Positions 63,201 to 64,000 of a DNA stretch of 64,000 nucleotides are shown here, in pieces. The position numbers and the translations under genes were made by a program. This stretch comes from Torpedo marmorata (taxonomy: Eukaryota): assembly GCA_977017645.1 (NCBI GenBank), contig OZ360220.1, forward strand, positions 161,386,001 through 161,450,000, given 5' to 3'. The notes beneath the pieces were generated by a model that saw only the letters and a list, made by a program, of their open reading frames with translations, was not told the origin of the DNA and made no database searches. The first letter of the stretch is position 1. The number at the start of each line of letters is the position of its first letter.

Positions 63201-64000
63201 TTCATAGTATTTCTGCTTAGATCTTAAAATGTCCTTCTCCATTTTGTATGTTTGTAAAGTATTATATTTAAGTTTCTTATTTACCAAAGTTTGATATTTA
63301 TCTTTTGATCCCAACTGTTGGTATTCCTTTTCCAATTTTAAAATCTCCCCTACCAAATTGTTTATTTCCGCCATATATTTTTTCTTGTAATTTTTGGTGT
63401 ATGAAATTATTTGCCCCTTTAGATAAGCCTTCAATGTATCCCATATTAGAAAACTATTATTAGTAGAGGGGCAGTTTGTTTCGCAAAACAAACTTATCTG
63501 ACCCCTTATAAAACCACAGAAATCTGGTCTTTTCAACAGCGAAGAATTAAGGCGCCATCTGTAAGCATTAGCTTGTTTATTTGGCATTACGATAGACAAA
63601 ATCAAGGGTGCGTGGTCCGATAGAAGTCTGGCTTGATATTCCGATTCAATCACTCTGCCTTCTAATTGTGCAGACATCAGGAAATAGTCAATTCTGGTGT
63701 AAGAATCATGGGGCTTTGAATAAAAGGAGTAGTCTCTAGCTTGAGGGTGCAACTGTCTCCATACATCTAATAGGTTTAAATCTTTCTTGAAAGCCAAGGT
63801 TGTTTTAACCACCCTGGCTTTCTTAACTGTCTTTGCCAATTTATCCAGAATGGGATCCAGACAGAAGTTAAAATCCCCACCAATCAAAACGTTTTGTCGT
63901 CCTCCTGTCACTCTCAAAAATATTCTGCATAAATGACTCCGTCAAAATTTGGTGCGTAAAGATTCAAGAGGGTCCAGGGTTCTGAGTAAATCTGACAATG
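60251..64000 (-). mobile_element. L1-clade LINE, ORF2 (APE endonuclease, RT, C-terminal CCHC), frameshifted; continues past the window edge
   Basis: GGDFN, RIDYF, SDH; YRPISLLNADYKI; KAFDR, RQGCPLSP; KYLGI; CFRC..H..WSC; (TAAA)n tail at 60251-60270. Confidence 0.93.

Overview
Eukaryotic (vertebrate) genomic DNA, most likely from a cartilaginous fish, judged from the repeat set (CR1/HER1-type LINEs, Rex1/Babar, Penelope-like elements, L1) and from divergence of the one host gene. Three N gaps are present. The host gene is ZNF618 on the minus strand. I can trace 12 GT-AG coding exons from 52755 down to the stop at 13173: four C2H2 fingers, one extra degenerate finger, and a single-exon domesticated hAT-transposase domain. 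Its 5' exons lie beyond the window or were not recognised. The introns hold two inverted copies of a pogo/Tc2-type (DD35D, POGK-like) DNA transposon, one with an open 441-aa transposase ORF, plus hAT, Harbinger-like and Tigger-like MITEs and many LINE fragments. Top finding: two TA-flanked non-autonomous Tc2-type elements (20217-20928 and 29367-30129) carry a captured copy of the first coding exon of the replication-initiation gene DONSON, i.e. a Pack-TIR-like gene-capturing family. Gene and family names come from recalled sequences and motifs, not database searches.
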